A stretch of DNA of 64,000 nt from the human T2T-CHM13v2.0 reference genome, Homo sapiens, in NCBI RefSeq assembly GCF_009914755.1, contig NC_060928.1. One strand, 5' to 3'. The position numbers were made by a program, and so were the translations under genes. A model generated the notes under the pieces. It did not search any database. It was not told the DNA's origin and was given only the letters and a program-made list of their open reading frames with translations. Below are positions 16,769 to 33,170 of the stretch, in pieces; within the stretch, counting starts at the first letter, position 1, and every line of letters begins with the position of its first letter.

Positions 16769-17070
16769 ACTAGAGAGACTCCCACCATTACAAAATTAAG
16801 CAAGAGTTTACTGTGTAATGATCACAGATGTTGCTTTTTATTTGCTTTACTTATTGTTGTAAAGGCAGCTTGTAGATTTAAGAGCAGAAAAAGCATGCAT
16901 TCCAAAATGTTTCTAATTCAATGTATTGCCTTCTCCAATATTTCAAAATATTAGAGGGAATCTGACTTCAAGGATTTATATGTTTTTGAAGAACTCTTAA
17001 ATTATAAACTGCCTATGGTATTATTTTTATAACTATATCATATTCCCCTTTGATACATAATGGCAAGTGT

Positions 17071-17572
<502 letters not shown>

Positions 17573-18161
17573 ATGGCAAGTGTTTTATCTTAATGGTATC
17601 CTCTTCTGACTCCATGAAACATTCAAAAGTAAAATGTATTGGCAAAAGAAATATGTTAAAGAACTGTAAAAACGTTTAGAACTTTAAAAAATATAACTTT
17701 ATATTTCAGAACTGATATCCATGCCATACATAAGGCTCCCTATTTCTTTCTTAAACTACTTAGACTTGGAAATATCACTGTTCAACAATTACAATTTCAT
17801 GAATTCTGGCCAGTAAAACAATTAGAGACTGAAATTCACTGTCAAAGACTGTAGACACAGAGAAACCTGTCGAGGGGGTAAGAGGATTAAGAGAGGAATA
17901 AGAAGAGCTGCTTGTTTATGTTATGGAATTAAGCCCTGATGACTGAGATATAGAGCAGCAAACCTGATATGTTTAGTTCAGGAATTATTTTGATAACAGG
18001 ACATCATGCTTGCTTTTTTGTGGCAGATCTTATAGTTTTCACTTTACAAGGTCATAGATAAGCTATGGGTAGCCAAATCCCATGGCTATTTAGATTTAGA
18101 GGAATATAGATTGGATATGATAAAGAAGTGCCCTTTAAATATTTTTCCCCTGGATTTTACA

Positions 18162-18358
18162 CCAGCGGTTCCCAAACTTTACTGTGAATCAGAGTCACCT
18201 GACTTGTTAAAACATTAATTGCTGGGCCCTACCCTCGAAGTTTCTAATTGATAGGTCTAGGTCTAGGACAGGGCCCAAGAACTTCCATTTCTAGCAAGTT
18301 CACAGATGATAGTATGCTGTTATGGGTAGAGAGGACAATGCACACTTTGTGAACCACT
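18162..18358. mobile_element. MER5-family MITE
   Basis: CAGCGGTTCCCAAACTT...ATCAGAGTCACCTG...CATTTCTAGCAAGTTC...CACACTTTGTGAACCACT. Confidence 0.75.
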
Positions 18359-19095
18359 CTTTTATAGTATCTTTTAAACACTGACCCCCCGCAGATCACA
18401 GGTGTTTCCTATTATTCCTTATTCTTGAATTGTCAGCACACTTTCAAACTGATTTTTGATTTGATAGGACTTTTTTAAATGTTTTCCTTTTAACATGGTT
18501 TCAGTCTGGTATCTGTTTTTATTTTTCAATTGAATAAAATGTCCTACTGAATGATTCCCAGCATGCATGTATTTGGATATGTGGATGTGTTTTTATATGA
18601 GTTCCCGTAATCCTTCATATGGATAATTTGATTTATAAAGTATATTTCCTTTTCTATCTACAACAGTGAATTTTATAATTCTGCCACATTTTTAAATTTT
18701 GGTTGATCAGAGTTGTGAATTATGGTGATAGGAATGGTTGGTAGGAAATACGGGCTAGTGGCATAGAGGGAAACAGATTTTATTAGGATAACCTGTAGAT
18801 TTTAATTATTCATACAGTTTTATCCTGTGAGTAATCAATAGTTCACTGGGGCTATAATTTTCTGTTGAAAATCTCCTTTTTAAAAGCACATAGCAGCTTA
18901 ATTATAATCTCTCACTGCCTACTCAGAGAAACCTCTTGAAACTGGCTGTCGGTTTCTTAAGTATCTGAGTTTAATGTGTTATTTTGTAGCTGAGGACTGA
19001 AAATAAAGCATCCAGTATGAAATGTATGTAGTAAGGCACAAAGAGGATGCAATACGTGAGAAACCTAAAAGATAACTGACAAGCATTCTTTAGAT

Positions 19096-21659
19096 CAGTG
19101 GTCCCCAACCTTTTTGGCACCAGGGACTGGTTTTGTGGAAGACAATTTTTCCACAGACTGGGGTGGAGGTGGGGGGATGGTTTCGGGATGATTCAAGTGC
19201 ATTACATTTATTGTGCACTTTATTTCTATTATTAATACATTGTAATATATAATGAAATAATTATACAACTCACCATAATGTAGAATCAGTGGAAGCCCTG
19301 AGCTTGTTTTCCTGCAACTATACGGTCCCATCCACGGGTGATGGGAGACCGTGGTACCCGAAGTGTGTTGCTTATGTCCAGTCTGCAATCTCGTTTTGGT
19401 TGCTGTCACAGCAGAAAACCCTGCTTCACAAAGATAGGATGTTGGGAATAGAAGCAGGCTTTTTAGTGCTTTTGTGGCAATCTCAGTATATTCTGCTTTC
19501 ACTTTAATCCAGAACGTATGGAGATTTGAAGTAATCTCAAACATACTTTTGAGGCCACCGACATTTGCAATCTCAAGGAGTTGATCCTCTTCCAGGATTG
19601 ACAAAGTTGATTTACCTGACTTATTCACAAATGGGGCATAGATCTATTCTTTCCTGGTTAGGGGGTCGTTTGTGGTTGGAAAGTAATGCTCAAACTCTTT
19701 TAAAAGTTGAGATAGGTTATCATGCACCAGCTGGGAAAAAGAAGGCCCTGGCTCAGTCTCCCTCAAAAATCTCTGCTAATGTTAAAAACATGTTAGAAAG
19801 CCCAATGTTCACTCATCGCCCTTATAATTCCAGTTTGGCGTTGAATGCAGCCACTTTATCTGTCGACTTTAACAAAGTTTGCATTCTCCGCTGAAGTGAC
19901 AGATTGAGTTCGTTGAGCAGGTTAAATATGTCACACAAATAAGCAAGTTTTGTGACCCATTCTGTGTCGCTGGAATGTTCTGCCAGTGGTGACTGTTTTT
20001 CTAGAAGAAATCTCTGGAGTGGCTCTCGAAACTCAAAAACTCTGGCCAGTGATCTACCATTAGAAAGCCATCTCACTTCTGTTACAAGAGAAGTTGTGTG
20101 TGCCCTGTGTCCATCTCCTCACAGAGCTGTGTAAATGGACATGAACTAAGGTCATATACTTTAATGTGGTTGATAATTTTAATCACATCCTGCAAAATGT
20201 TGTTAAGTTCAGGTGACCCTTTTCACCTAGCCAGCATTTTTCTATGGATGACATGGTGTATAGACTCACATTCAGAGGCGGCCTGTTTGACCTGAATAGT
20301 GAAACCAGAAAGCCGTCCAGCCATGACAGTTGCTCCATCCATGCGTATATGGACATAAAATGACCAATTCAGTTTTCCTGATATGTTATCAAAGATTTGA
20401 ATAGTTCTGCAGTTGTGCTGTTTGTTGGCAACAAAAGTGCACATAATATATCCTCATGCACATCCTCCTGAAAAATATATGGCACAAAAACAAGCATTGC
20501 TGCCTTGTCAATATTGGTAGACTGGTCAACCTGGATTGTGTGCCATGGTGACTCATTAATACTCTCTAACAATTGTGCCTCAATATCCTCTGCTATTTAA
20601 TCGATTCATCCAGTTATGGTGCTAGCCAAAAGAGGAACACATTTGAACTGAAGCCTCTCCTAGAAGTTCATGACAAATATTCTTAGCAGCAGACAGGATC
20701 AACTCTTCACCAATAGTAAAGGGGTTCTTAGCTTTAGCAACGTAGTTAGCCACAAAGAATGATGCTTTCAGTGCAGACACATTTGATGAAGGGGTGGCCT
20801 TCAATAATTGCTCCAGTTCTTTGTGTTCACATTTTTTTCTTTTGAAAAACTCCAAAGGCTTGTCTTTTAATGCAGAGTGCATGGTCTCCATGTGGCAAAG
20901 CAGTTTTGAAGGTTTAATGGCTTTGGTCACATATTATACAAAGTGGGCTTGGAGAATGTGAATCACCTGTTGCAATGAACCTGTAATTTAAGTAGCATTC
21001 TTGATACTTTCTTTTAAATGCGGCTTTCTTTTTGTTGGTAGTCTTACAGTCTTCTGTCTCATGATTGGGTCTTTGCCCCTTTTCAAGGAAGTTCTCCAGT
21101 GATGTTTGTTTTTACTCATTTCTGGCTAGGGTTAGCTTGTGGGCTTACTAAAACTGCGACTGAGACAAGCGCACAGTGTGGAAGTGGTAAATAAAATCAT
21201 AACATAAATAAATAAAATAATAGATGGAAGTGGTAAATAAAATGGGCGGGCCACACACAGACTAAAATAAGTGTTGGATTCTGACTTAAAACTTGCCACC
21301 AGATGCAGCTGTACAATTGAAGCACATCAACTCACTTGCCTCTATAAAGCTTGCCATCAGATGCAGCTTAATTGTCACTTGCCACTCACTGATAAGGTTT
21401 TGATATGAGTCTGCAAGCAATTGATTTATTGTGATCTTTGTGCAGTCAAACCTTTCTGCCAATGTTAATCTGTATTTGCAGCCACTTGCCAGTGCTAGCA
21501 TCACTGCCTCAGCTCCACCTCAGATCATCAGGCATTAGATTCTCATAAGGAGTGTGCAACCTAGATCCTTTGCATGTGCACTTCACAACAGGGTTTGCAC
21601 TCCTAAGAGAATCTAATGCCACCACTACCAGTCCATGGTCCGTGGGTTGGGGACCATTG
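19096..21659 (-). mobile_element. Near full-length Charlie3 (MER1-family autonomous hAT) DNA transposon fossil
   Basis: TIRs CAGTGGTCCCCAACC and GGTTGGGGACCATTG (14/15 match); 8-bp TSD CTTTAGAT/CTTTAGAC; MER1-type end; internal transposase remnants. Confidence 0.9.
19286..21119 (-). pseudogene. Disrupted hAT (Buster/Charlie-type) transposase
   Basis: Collinear fragments in shifting frames: KPSKLLCHMETMH (BED finger), IQVDQST, MDGATVMAG, HHVIHR, RWLSNG, LAYLCDIFNLLNELNLSLQ, FPTSYLCEAGFS; ATG at 21119, TGA at 19288-19286. Confidence 0.9.
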
Positions 21660-22854
21660 CTTTAGACTATAACAACAGACAAAATAAAGAACAAAAGGAA
21701 GGGTAGATGATTTGGAAAATGCTAGAGTTTTTCACAATTATTTTTAAGAAAAAGTTTATCACCGATTGGTTAGAGTAGGTGCCTTCCATGAAAAGAAAAA
21801 AAATACCCTCAGATGTCATGAAAGCTCGAATAACATGTTAAAGTAAAAACTGGACCATATCAGGAAAGGCTAAGAGCAGGGAAACTTAAAAAAATGGGAC
21901 TGCATGACAGCAGATCCACCAATAGCACCAATAACAATAGGATAAAAGCATTCCTAGGGAAGAGCAAATATAACATTCATCTTTTTTAAAGGAGGGGAAA
22001 AGAATTTGCCTTGTGACTTTAGGGTAATATATTAAAAGCTTAGAAAGATAATTTAATTGCCTCAATAATTGCTCAATCACCAAGAAATGTGCAAGGCACT
22101 GGGAAACAGTGTACTTATCTGCTTAGCTTTCTAAAGAGAAAATTGGGTAGGACTAACTTTTTCTATAATAATAATGGGATGATTAGAGAAAGGGAACATC
22201 TAAATATCCATTTTAGGGTATTTGAATTTTTCCATTTTCAACAGATATCATACCCTGCTAGCCAGCTGGATAAAGGGTCTTAAAGATATCATCTGGGATA
22301 ATGAACCAAATATTCATGGATGTTTCAATAAGAAAGAGGTCATAGGGCTTTGTGGCTATCATGTAAGAACTGTGACCATAAAACAATGAGGTACTCTATG
22401 AATTAAACATAAAAACCAATCTTATCAATTTAGAGCTTTACATATATCCAGCCAAGGACATGGAGTCAATACCATATATGTATCCGGGTACTCCTAATTT
22501 ATACTAACTCTTGCAAATCCATTTGTTTACTCCTTTTTTGTCCAATTGGATTCTATTTCCCATTCCCTGAATATGCCTTTTAGCTTCATGTCACTGTTGA
22601 TATTTCTTTTAAACAGGAAATACCTTCTTTTCTAATCTTGACCTGTTGAAAATCTATAAAGTCCATCAGATTTTGGTCAAATACTATTCTATTAGGTCTT
22701 CCCAGTCTTAGCCCCAGATAAATTTCTCCCCTTTTAAAAATTCCTTATAACTCTAATTCATATTATTCCTTGTTTATAGTGACTAGACAGTTTATTTTCC
22801 TTACTGGATTATGATGGTAAAGATAATATTGTGTTCATTTTTATGGCTCTCTTA

Positions 22855-23367
<513 letters not shown>

Positions 23368-23950
23368 TCATAATTATGTAAATGTCTTTGCATGAATGTT
23401 TCATGCATTACATCAGAGACTTCTGGTTCCAAGTAAGATGGTGAAATAACCATGGCTCTGGCTCCTGCTCATGCACGAAAAATTTTGGAGATGCCAGAAA
23501 GGACTGGCAAAACAACCTGGAATTAACTGATAAATGAATTCAGTAAAGATGCGAATCAACAAAGATAAATCAACAAAAATCAGTAGCATTTATCTACATC
23601 AACAGTCAACAATCTAAAAAAGAAATCAAGAAAGCAATCCTATTTACAATAGCTACAAAAAAAATACCTAGGAATAAATTTAACCAAAGAAGTAAAAGAC
23701 CTCTACAAGGCAAACTGTAAAACACTGATGAAAAACATTAAATAGGACACACATACAAAAAGGACAGATATCTAATGCTCATGGATTGGAAGTACTAATA
23801 TTGTTAAAATGTCCATACTACCCAAAGCAACCTACAGATTCAATGAAATCCCTATCAAAACACCAATGACATTTTTCACAGAAATAGAAAAGGCAATTCT
23901 AAAATTTGTATGAAACCACAAAAGACCCCGAGCAAAAAGAAACAAAGTTG

Positions 23951-25710
23951 TCTCTCCCTCTCCCTCTCCCTCTCCCTCTCCCTCTCCCTCTCCCTCTCCC
24001 TCTCCCTCCCCCTCCCCCCTTCCCACGGTCTCCTTCCACGGTCTCCCTCTGATGCTGAGCCAAAGCTGGACGGTACTGCTGCCATCTCGGCTCACTGCAA
24101 CCTCCCTGCCTGATTCTCCTGCCTCAGCCTGCCGAGTGCCTGCGATTGCAGGCGCGCGCCGCCACGCCTGACTGGTTTTCGTTTTTTTTTTGGTGGAGAC
24201 GGGGTTTTGCTGTGTTGGCCGGGCTGGTCTCCAGCTCCTAACCGCGAGTGATCCGCCAGCCTCGGCCTCCTGAGGTGCCGGGATTGCAGACGGAGTCTGG
24301 TTCACTCAGTGCTCAATGGTGCCCAGGCTGGAGTGCAGTGGCGTGATCTCGGCTTGCTACAACCTCCACCTCCCAGCCGCCTGCCTTGGCCCCCCAAAGT
24401 GCCGAGATTGCAGCCTCTGCCCAGCCGCCACCCCGTCTGGGAAGTGAGGAGCCTCTCTGCCTGGCCCCCCATCGTCTGGGATATGAGGAGCCTCTCTGCC
24501 TGGCTGCCCAGTCTGGAAAGTGAGGAGTGTCTCTGCCCGGCTGCCATCCCATCTAGGAAGCGAGGAGCGCCTCTTCCCCACCGCCATCCCATCTAGGAAG
24601 TGAGGAGCGTCTCTGCCTGGCCGCCCATCGTCTGAGATGTGGGGAGCACCTCTGCCCCGCCGCCCTGTCTGGGATGTGAGGAGCGCCTCTGCTGGGCCGC
24701 AACCCTGTCTGGGAGGTGAGGAGCGTCTCTGCCCGGCCGCCCCGTCTGAGAAGTGAGGAAACCCTCTGCCTGGCAACCGCCCCGTCTGAGAAGTGAGGAG
24801 CCCCTCCGTCCGGCAGCCACCCCGTCTGGGAAGTGAGGAGCGTCTCCGCCCGGCAGCCACCCCGACCGGGAGGGAGGTGGGGGGGGGGTCAGCCCCCCGC
24901 CCGGCCAGCCGCCCTGTCCGGGAGGTGAGGGGCTCCTCTGCCCGGCCGCCCCTACTGGGAAGTGAGGAGCCCCTCTGCCCGGCCAGTCGCCCCGTCCAGG
25001 AGGGAGGTGGGGGGGTCAGCCCCCCGCCCGGCCAGCCGCCCAGTCCGGGAGGTGAGGGGCGCTTCTGCCCGGCCGCCCCTACTGGGAAGTGAGGAGCCCC
25101 TCTGCCCGGCCACGACCCCGTCTGGGAGGTGTGCCCAGCGGCTCACTGGGGATGGGCCATGATGACAATGGCGGTTTTGTGGAATAGAAAGGCGGGAAGA
25201 GTGGGGAAAAAATTGAGAAATCGGATGGTTGCCGGGTCTGTGTGGATAGAAGTAGACATGGGAGACTTTTCATTTTGTTCTGTACTAAGAAAAATTCTTC
25301 TGCCTTGGGATCCTGTTGATCTGTGACCTTATCCCCAACCCTGTGCTCTCTGAAACATGTGCTGTGTCCACTCAGGGTTAAATGGATTAAGGGCGGTGCA
25401 AGATGTGCTTTGTTAAACAGATGCTTGAAGGCAGCATGCTCGTTAAGAGTCATCACCACTCCCTAATCTTAAGTACCCAGGGACACAAACACTGCGGAAG
25501 GCCGCAGGGTCCTCTGCCTAGGAAAACCAGAGACCTTTGTTCACTTGTTTATCTACTGACCTTCCCTCCACTATTGTCCTATGACCCTGCCAAATCCCCC
25601 TCTGCGAGAAACACCCAAGAATGATCAATAAAAAAAAAATAATAATAATAAATAAATAAATAAATAAATAAATAAAAGAACTGTAACACTAAAAAAAAAA
25701 AAAAAAAAAA
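23951..25710 (+). mobile_element. Full-length SVA retrotransposon (SVA_E-like)
   Basis: (CCCTCT)n 23951-24020; antisense Alu-like domain; GC-rich VNTR ~24400-25130; SINE-R to AATAAA ~25627; poly-A; TSD AAGAAACAAAGTTG. Subfamily is from recalled SINE-R variants and is less certain than the SVA call. Confidence 0.97.
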
Positions 25711-26520
25711 AGAAACAAAGTTGTTCCTGAGCAAAAAAGGAACAAAGTTGGAGGTATCACACTACGAAACTTCAAAATACACTAAAAAGCTATAGAAACA
25801 AAAACAGCATGGTACTGGCATAAAAACAGACACATAGACCAATGGAACAGAATAGAGAACTCAGAAATAAATCCGTGCATTTATAGCCAACTCATTTTTG
25901 AGAAAGATGCCAAAAATACACATTGAGGAAAGGATACTCTCTTCAGTAATGGTGCTTGGAAAACTGAACATCTCTATGCACAAGAATGAACTAGACCCCT
26001 ATCTTTCACCATATACAAAAATCAAATAAAGATGGATTAAAGACTTAAATGTAAGGTCTGAAACTATGAAACCACTAGAAGAAAACATTGGAGAAATCCT
26101 TCAGGATATTGGTCTGCACAAAGATTGCTTGGGTAAGACATCAAAACTATAGGCAACAAAAGCAAAAATAGACAAATAAGTTTATATCAAGTTAAAATGC
26201 TTCTGCACAACAAAGGAAATAATCAACAGAGTGAAGAGACAATCTGCAGAATAAGAGAAAATATTTATAAACTATTCATCTGACAGGGGATTAATAACCA
26301 GAATATATAAGGAGCTCAAACAACTCAATAACAAATAGTAATAATAATCTCATTTAAAAATAAGCAAATTATCTGAATAGATATTTTTACAAAAGAGGAC
26401 ATAAAATGGCCAACAGTTATATTAAAAAATGCTCAACATCACTAATGATCAGGGAAATGCAAATCAAAACCACAGTGAGATATTATCTCACCACAATTAA
26501 AATATTATCAAAAAGACACA

Positions 26521-29310
<2,790 letters not shown>

Positions 29311-29323
29311 AACCAAATCCTTC

Positions 29324-29709
<386 letters not shown>

Positions 29710-30532
29710 TCAAAAAACTAAAAATAGGCCTACCATATGACCCAGCAATCCTACTGTTGCATATATATTCCAAAGAAAGAAAATCAATATATCAAAGAGA
29801 TATCTGCACTACATGGTTATTGCAGCACTATTCACAATAGCCAAGATATAGAAGCAACCTAAGCATCCATCAATAGTTGAATGAATAAGGAAAATGTGGT
29901 TTATATACACAATAGAATATGACTCAGCAATAAAAAAGAATAAATTATGTGATTTGCTTCAAGAAGGATAGAACTAGAGGACATACATTAAGTGAAATAA
30001 GCCAGGCACAGAAAGAAATTCTGCATGTTCTCACTTATATGTGGGAGCTAACAATGTTGATCCCATGAAGATAGAGAGTAGAATGACCATTACCAGAGGC
30101 TATGAGGGAAATGGGTTATGGGGGATGAAGAGAGATTAGTTAATGGGTACAAAAATATAGTTAGATATAAGGAATAAGTTCTAGTGTTCAATATCATAGT
30201 AGGGTGACTATAGCTAACAGTAACTTATTATATATTTCAAAATAGCTAGAAGATTTGAAATGTTCTCAACACAAAGAAATGATAAATATTTGAGGTGATG
30301 GATATCCTAATTACTCTGATTTGATCATTATGCATTGTATACATGTATCAAAACATCACATGTATCCCACAAATATGTACAATTATTATGTAACACTAAA
30401 AAATAAAATTGAAAAAAACCCACTGATGGTGGAAGTGAGGTATGAATAGAGAATCTAGAGAGTGGTAAGAGTTGCTAAACTTTAGACATTGACAAGGAAA
30501 AATAAGTGTAAATATGGTCCTTGGTAAGTTAG

Positions 30533-30836
<304 letters not shown>

Positions 30837-31228
30837 TTAGGGATTACTACCTGAAGAATAAAAACAAAATACATAAATTTTAAACAAGCAGAAGAAAATG
30901 TGATCTATCAAAATGCAGGCAAAAAAGAAAGTATGGCAAAAATAAAACTTGAAAAAGATGGCAAATAGAGTGCCAATATACCAGAAATTAGAATATATAT
31001 GAGTAGATTAAACTTCTAAATCATAACCTGAGAATCTCAGAATGTATTTTAAAAAATTAAATGTAGCAATATGTCATTTACAGAGGATAGACATAAAATA
31101 AACAGTTCAAGAGAGGTAAAAAATAAGCATAGAAAATGCAAACCAGCAAAATATGAACCAGAAGAGAACTGGGGTAATAATTTTAATATACAGTTTGAAT
31201 TTAAGGCAAAAAAAAAAGTTACAAGGGA

Positions 31229-31569
31229 TGTGATAGTTAATTTTATGTTTCAACTTGGAGGGTGTTTTGGATGAGATGAACATTTAAATCAGTAAACTTT
31301 GGGTGGGGCAGATTGCCCTCCATAATGTGGGTGAACCTCATCTAATCAGTTGCAGGCCTGGATAGAACAAAAAGACCAGTCTTTCCAAGCGAGAGGAAAT
31401 TCTCTGCCTGCTGGACTTTATCTGATCCCCTAGCTATAGACTTCTGGCCTATACAGTAGATTTGGACTTGACGGTCTCCATAATTGCATGAGCCAATTCC
31501 TTATAATACATCTCTTTCTATGTATATGCACATCCAATTGGTTCTGTTTTCATGGAGAGCAGTAATACA
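31229..31569 (+). mobile_element. MLT2 (ERVL) solo LTR
   Basis: TGTGATAGTTAATTTTATG...GATTGCCCTCCATAATGTGGGTG...TAATACA; TSD AGGGA/AGGAA. Confidence 0.85.
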
Positions 31570-31675
31570 AGGAATAAAGTGGGTTACTGCATATTGGTAA
31601 AAAAAAATAGATCAAGAAAATATATCATAAACATATGTGCCACTAATGATGGAAGAAATATGCACTAAACAACAT

Positions 31676-32094
31676 TGTATTAGTCCAGTTGTGTTGCTAT
31701 AAAGAAATACCTGAGGCTGGGTAATTTATAAAGAGAAGAGGTTTAATTAGCTTGTGGTTCTTTAGGTTGTACATAAAGCATAGTGCTAGCATTTGCTTTT
31801 GGTGAGGGCCTCAGGAAGCTTACAATCATGGCAGAAGGTGAAGGGGAACCAGTGTGTTGCACGGTGAGAGAAGGAGCAAGTAAGAGAGGGAGGAAGTGCC
31901 AGGCTCTTTTAAACAATCAGATCTCATGTGAACTTACAGAGTGAGAACTCATTCATTACTGCGAGGACAGAACCAAACCATTAATGAGGGATTCACCCCC
32001 ATAACCCAAACACCTCCCACCAGGTTCTACCTCCAACATCGGGGATTACATTTCAACATGAGATGTGGAAGGGACAAACATCCAAATTATATCA
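31676..32094 (-). mobile_element. MaLR solo LTR (MSTB-like)
   Basis: TGTATTAGTCC...GCTATAAAGAAATACCTGAGGCTGGGTAATTTATAAAG...TTTCAACATGAGAT. Confidence 0.88.
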
Positions 32095-32301
32095 AATATA
32101 CATTCAAAGTACAGGGAGCAGGACCAGTAGACTACTGGAGAAAATTTTTTTAAATCAACAATAATACATGGTAATATCTAACACGACACCTTTAAAATTT
32201 TTTGATAAGGCAGATACAAAATAAGACACAAAATGTACAAGATTAATACATTTCATCTTCTATTGTTCTATATGTTGAACTTTGCATGCCTGAAAAGCTA
32301 A

Positions 32302-32595
32302 TTTTTTTTTTTTTTAAAGAGACAGTATCTTGCTCTGTGACCCAGGCTGGGGTGCAGTGGCACAGTCACAGTGTGCAGCCTCAATTTCCTGGGCTCAAGC
32401 AATCCTCCCACCTCAGCCTCCTAAGTAGCTAGGACTACAGGTTACGCCACCATGCCCAGAAAATTTTTGTTTTTTTTTTTGGTAGAAATGGGGTTTGCCA
32501 TGTTGTCTAGGCTGGTCTTAAACTCCTGGGCTCAAGTGATTCAACCACCTTGGCCTCCCAAAGTGCCAAGATTACAGGTGTAATCTCACTGTGCT
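32302..32595 (-). mobile_element. AluJ with a rearranged 5' end
   Basis: Alu body; the 5' end is followed by an inverted copy ACACCTGTAATC. Confidence 0.9.
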
Positions 32596-32669
32596 CACAC
32601 CTGTAATCAATAATTATAAATGCATAATCAATTAATATAAATGCATAACATAAATCCATAATATAAACT

Positions 32670-32774
32670 CATAATCAATTAATATAAATGTTCCATGGGT
32701 GCTTTAAAAATATCAATTTTTAAAAAATATCTATTTTTAAAGCACCCATGGAACATTTATATTAATTGATTATG
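32670..32774. repeat. Perfect 43-bp inverted repeat with a 19-nt spacer
   Basis: CATAATCAATTAATATAAATGTTCCATGGGTGCTTTAAAAATA (32670-32712) is the exact reverse complement of 32732-32774. Confidence 0.95.
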
Positions 32775-32862
32775 GACTAGGTTACAGAAGAGCCTCTATA
32801 AACTCCAAATAATTAGCATCACAACAGAGTATGTTGTCTGACAACAAAACACTAGAATAGTT

Positions 32863-33170
32863 GGCCGGGCGCGGTGGCTCACGCCTGTAATCCCAGCACT
32901 TTGGGAGGCCGAGGCGGGCGGATCACGAGGTCAGGAGATCGAGACCATCCTGGCTAACACGGTGAAACCCCGTCTCTACTAAAAATACAAAAAAATTAGC
33001 TGGGCAAGGTGGCGGGCGCCTGTAGTCCCAGCTACTCGGGAGGCTGAGGCAGGAGAATGGCGTGAACCCTGGGGGGCGGAGCCTGCAGTGAGCCGAGATA
33101 GCGCCACTGCACTCCAGCCTGGGCGACAGAGCAAGACTCCATCTCAAAAAAACAAAAACAAAAACAAAAA
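32863..33170 (+). mobile_element. Young AluY (AluYe-like) with 17-bp TSD
   Basis: CpG-rich, near-consensus AluY; GGGGGGCGGAGCCTGCAGTG variant; TSD AAAACACTAGAATAGTT. Confidence 0.93.

Noticed and set aside
17710-17877. Plus-strand exon-like segment (TTTCAG acceptor, GGG|GTAAGA donor)
   Set aside because: All three frames contain stops and no linked exon or promoter is evident; at most a non-coding exon, unsupported without RNA data
24400-25130. Regularly spaced GTGAGGAG repeats that could suggest a CRISPR-like array
   Set aside because: This is the SVA VNTR; the intervening sequences are related to each other rather than unique, and the DNA is eukaryotic with no cas genes
23832-25624. Many overlapping 60-167 aa ORFs
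   Set aside because: Arise from the SVA hexamer, VNTR and SINE-R sequence
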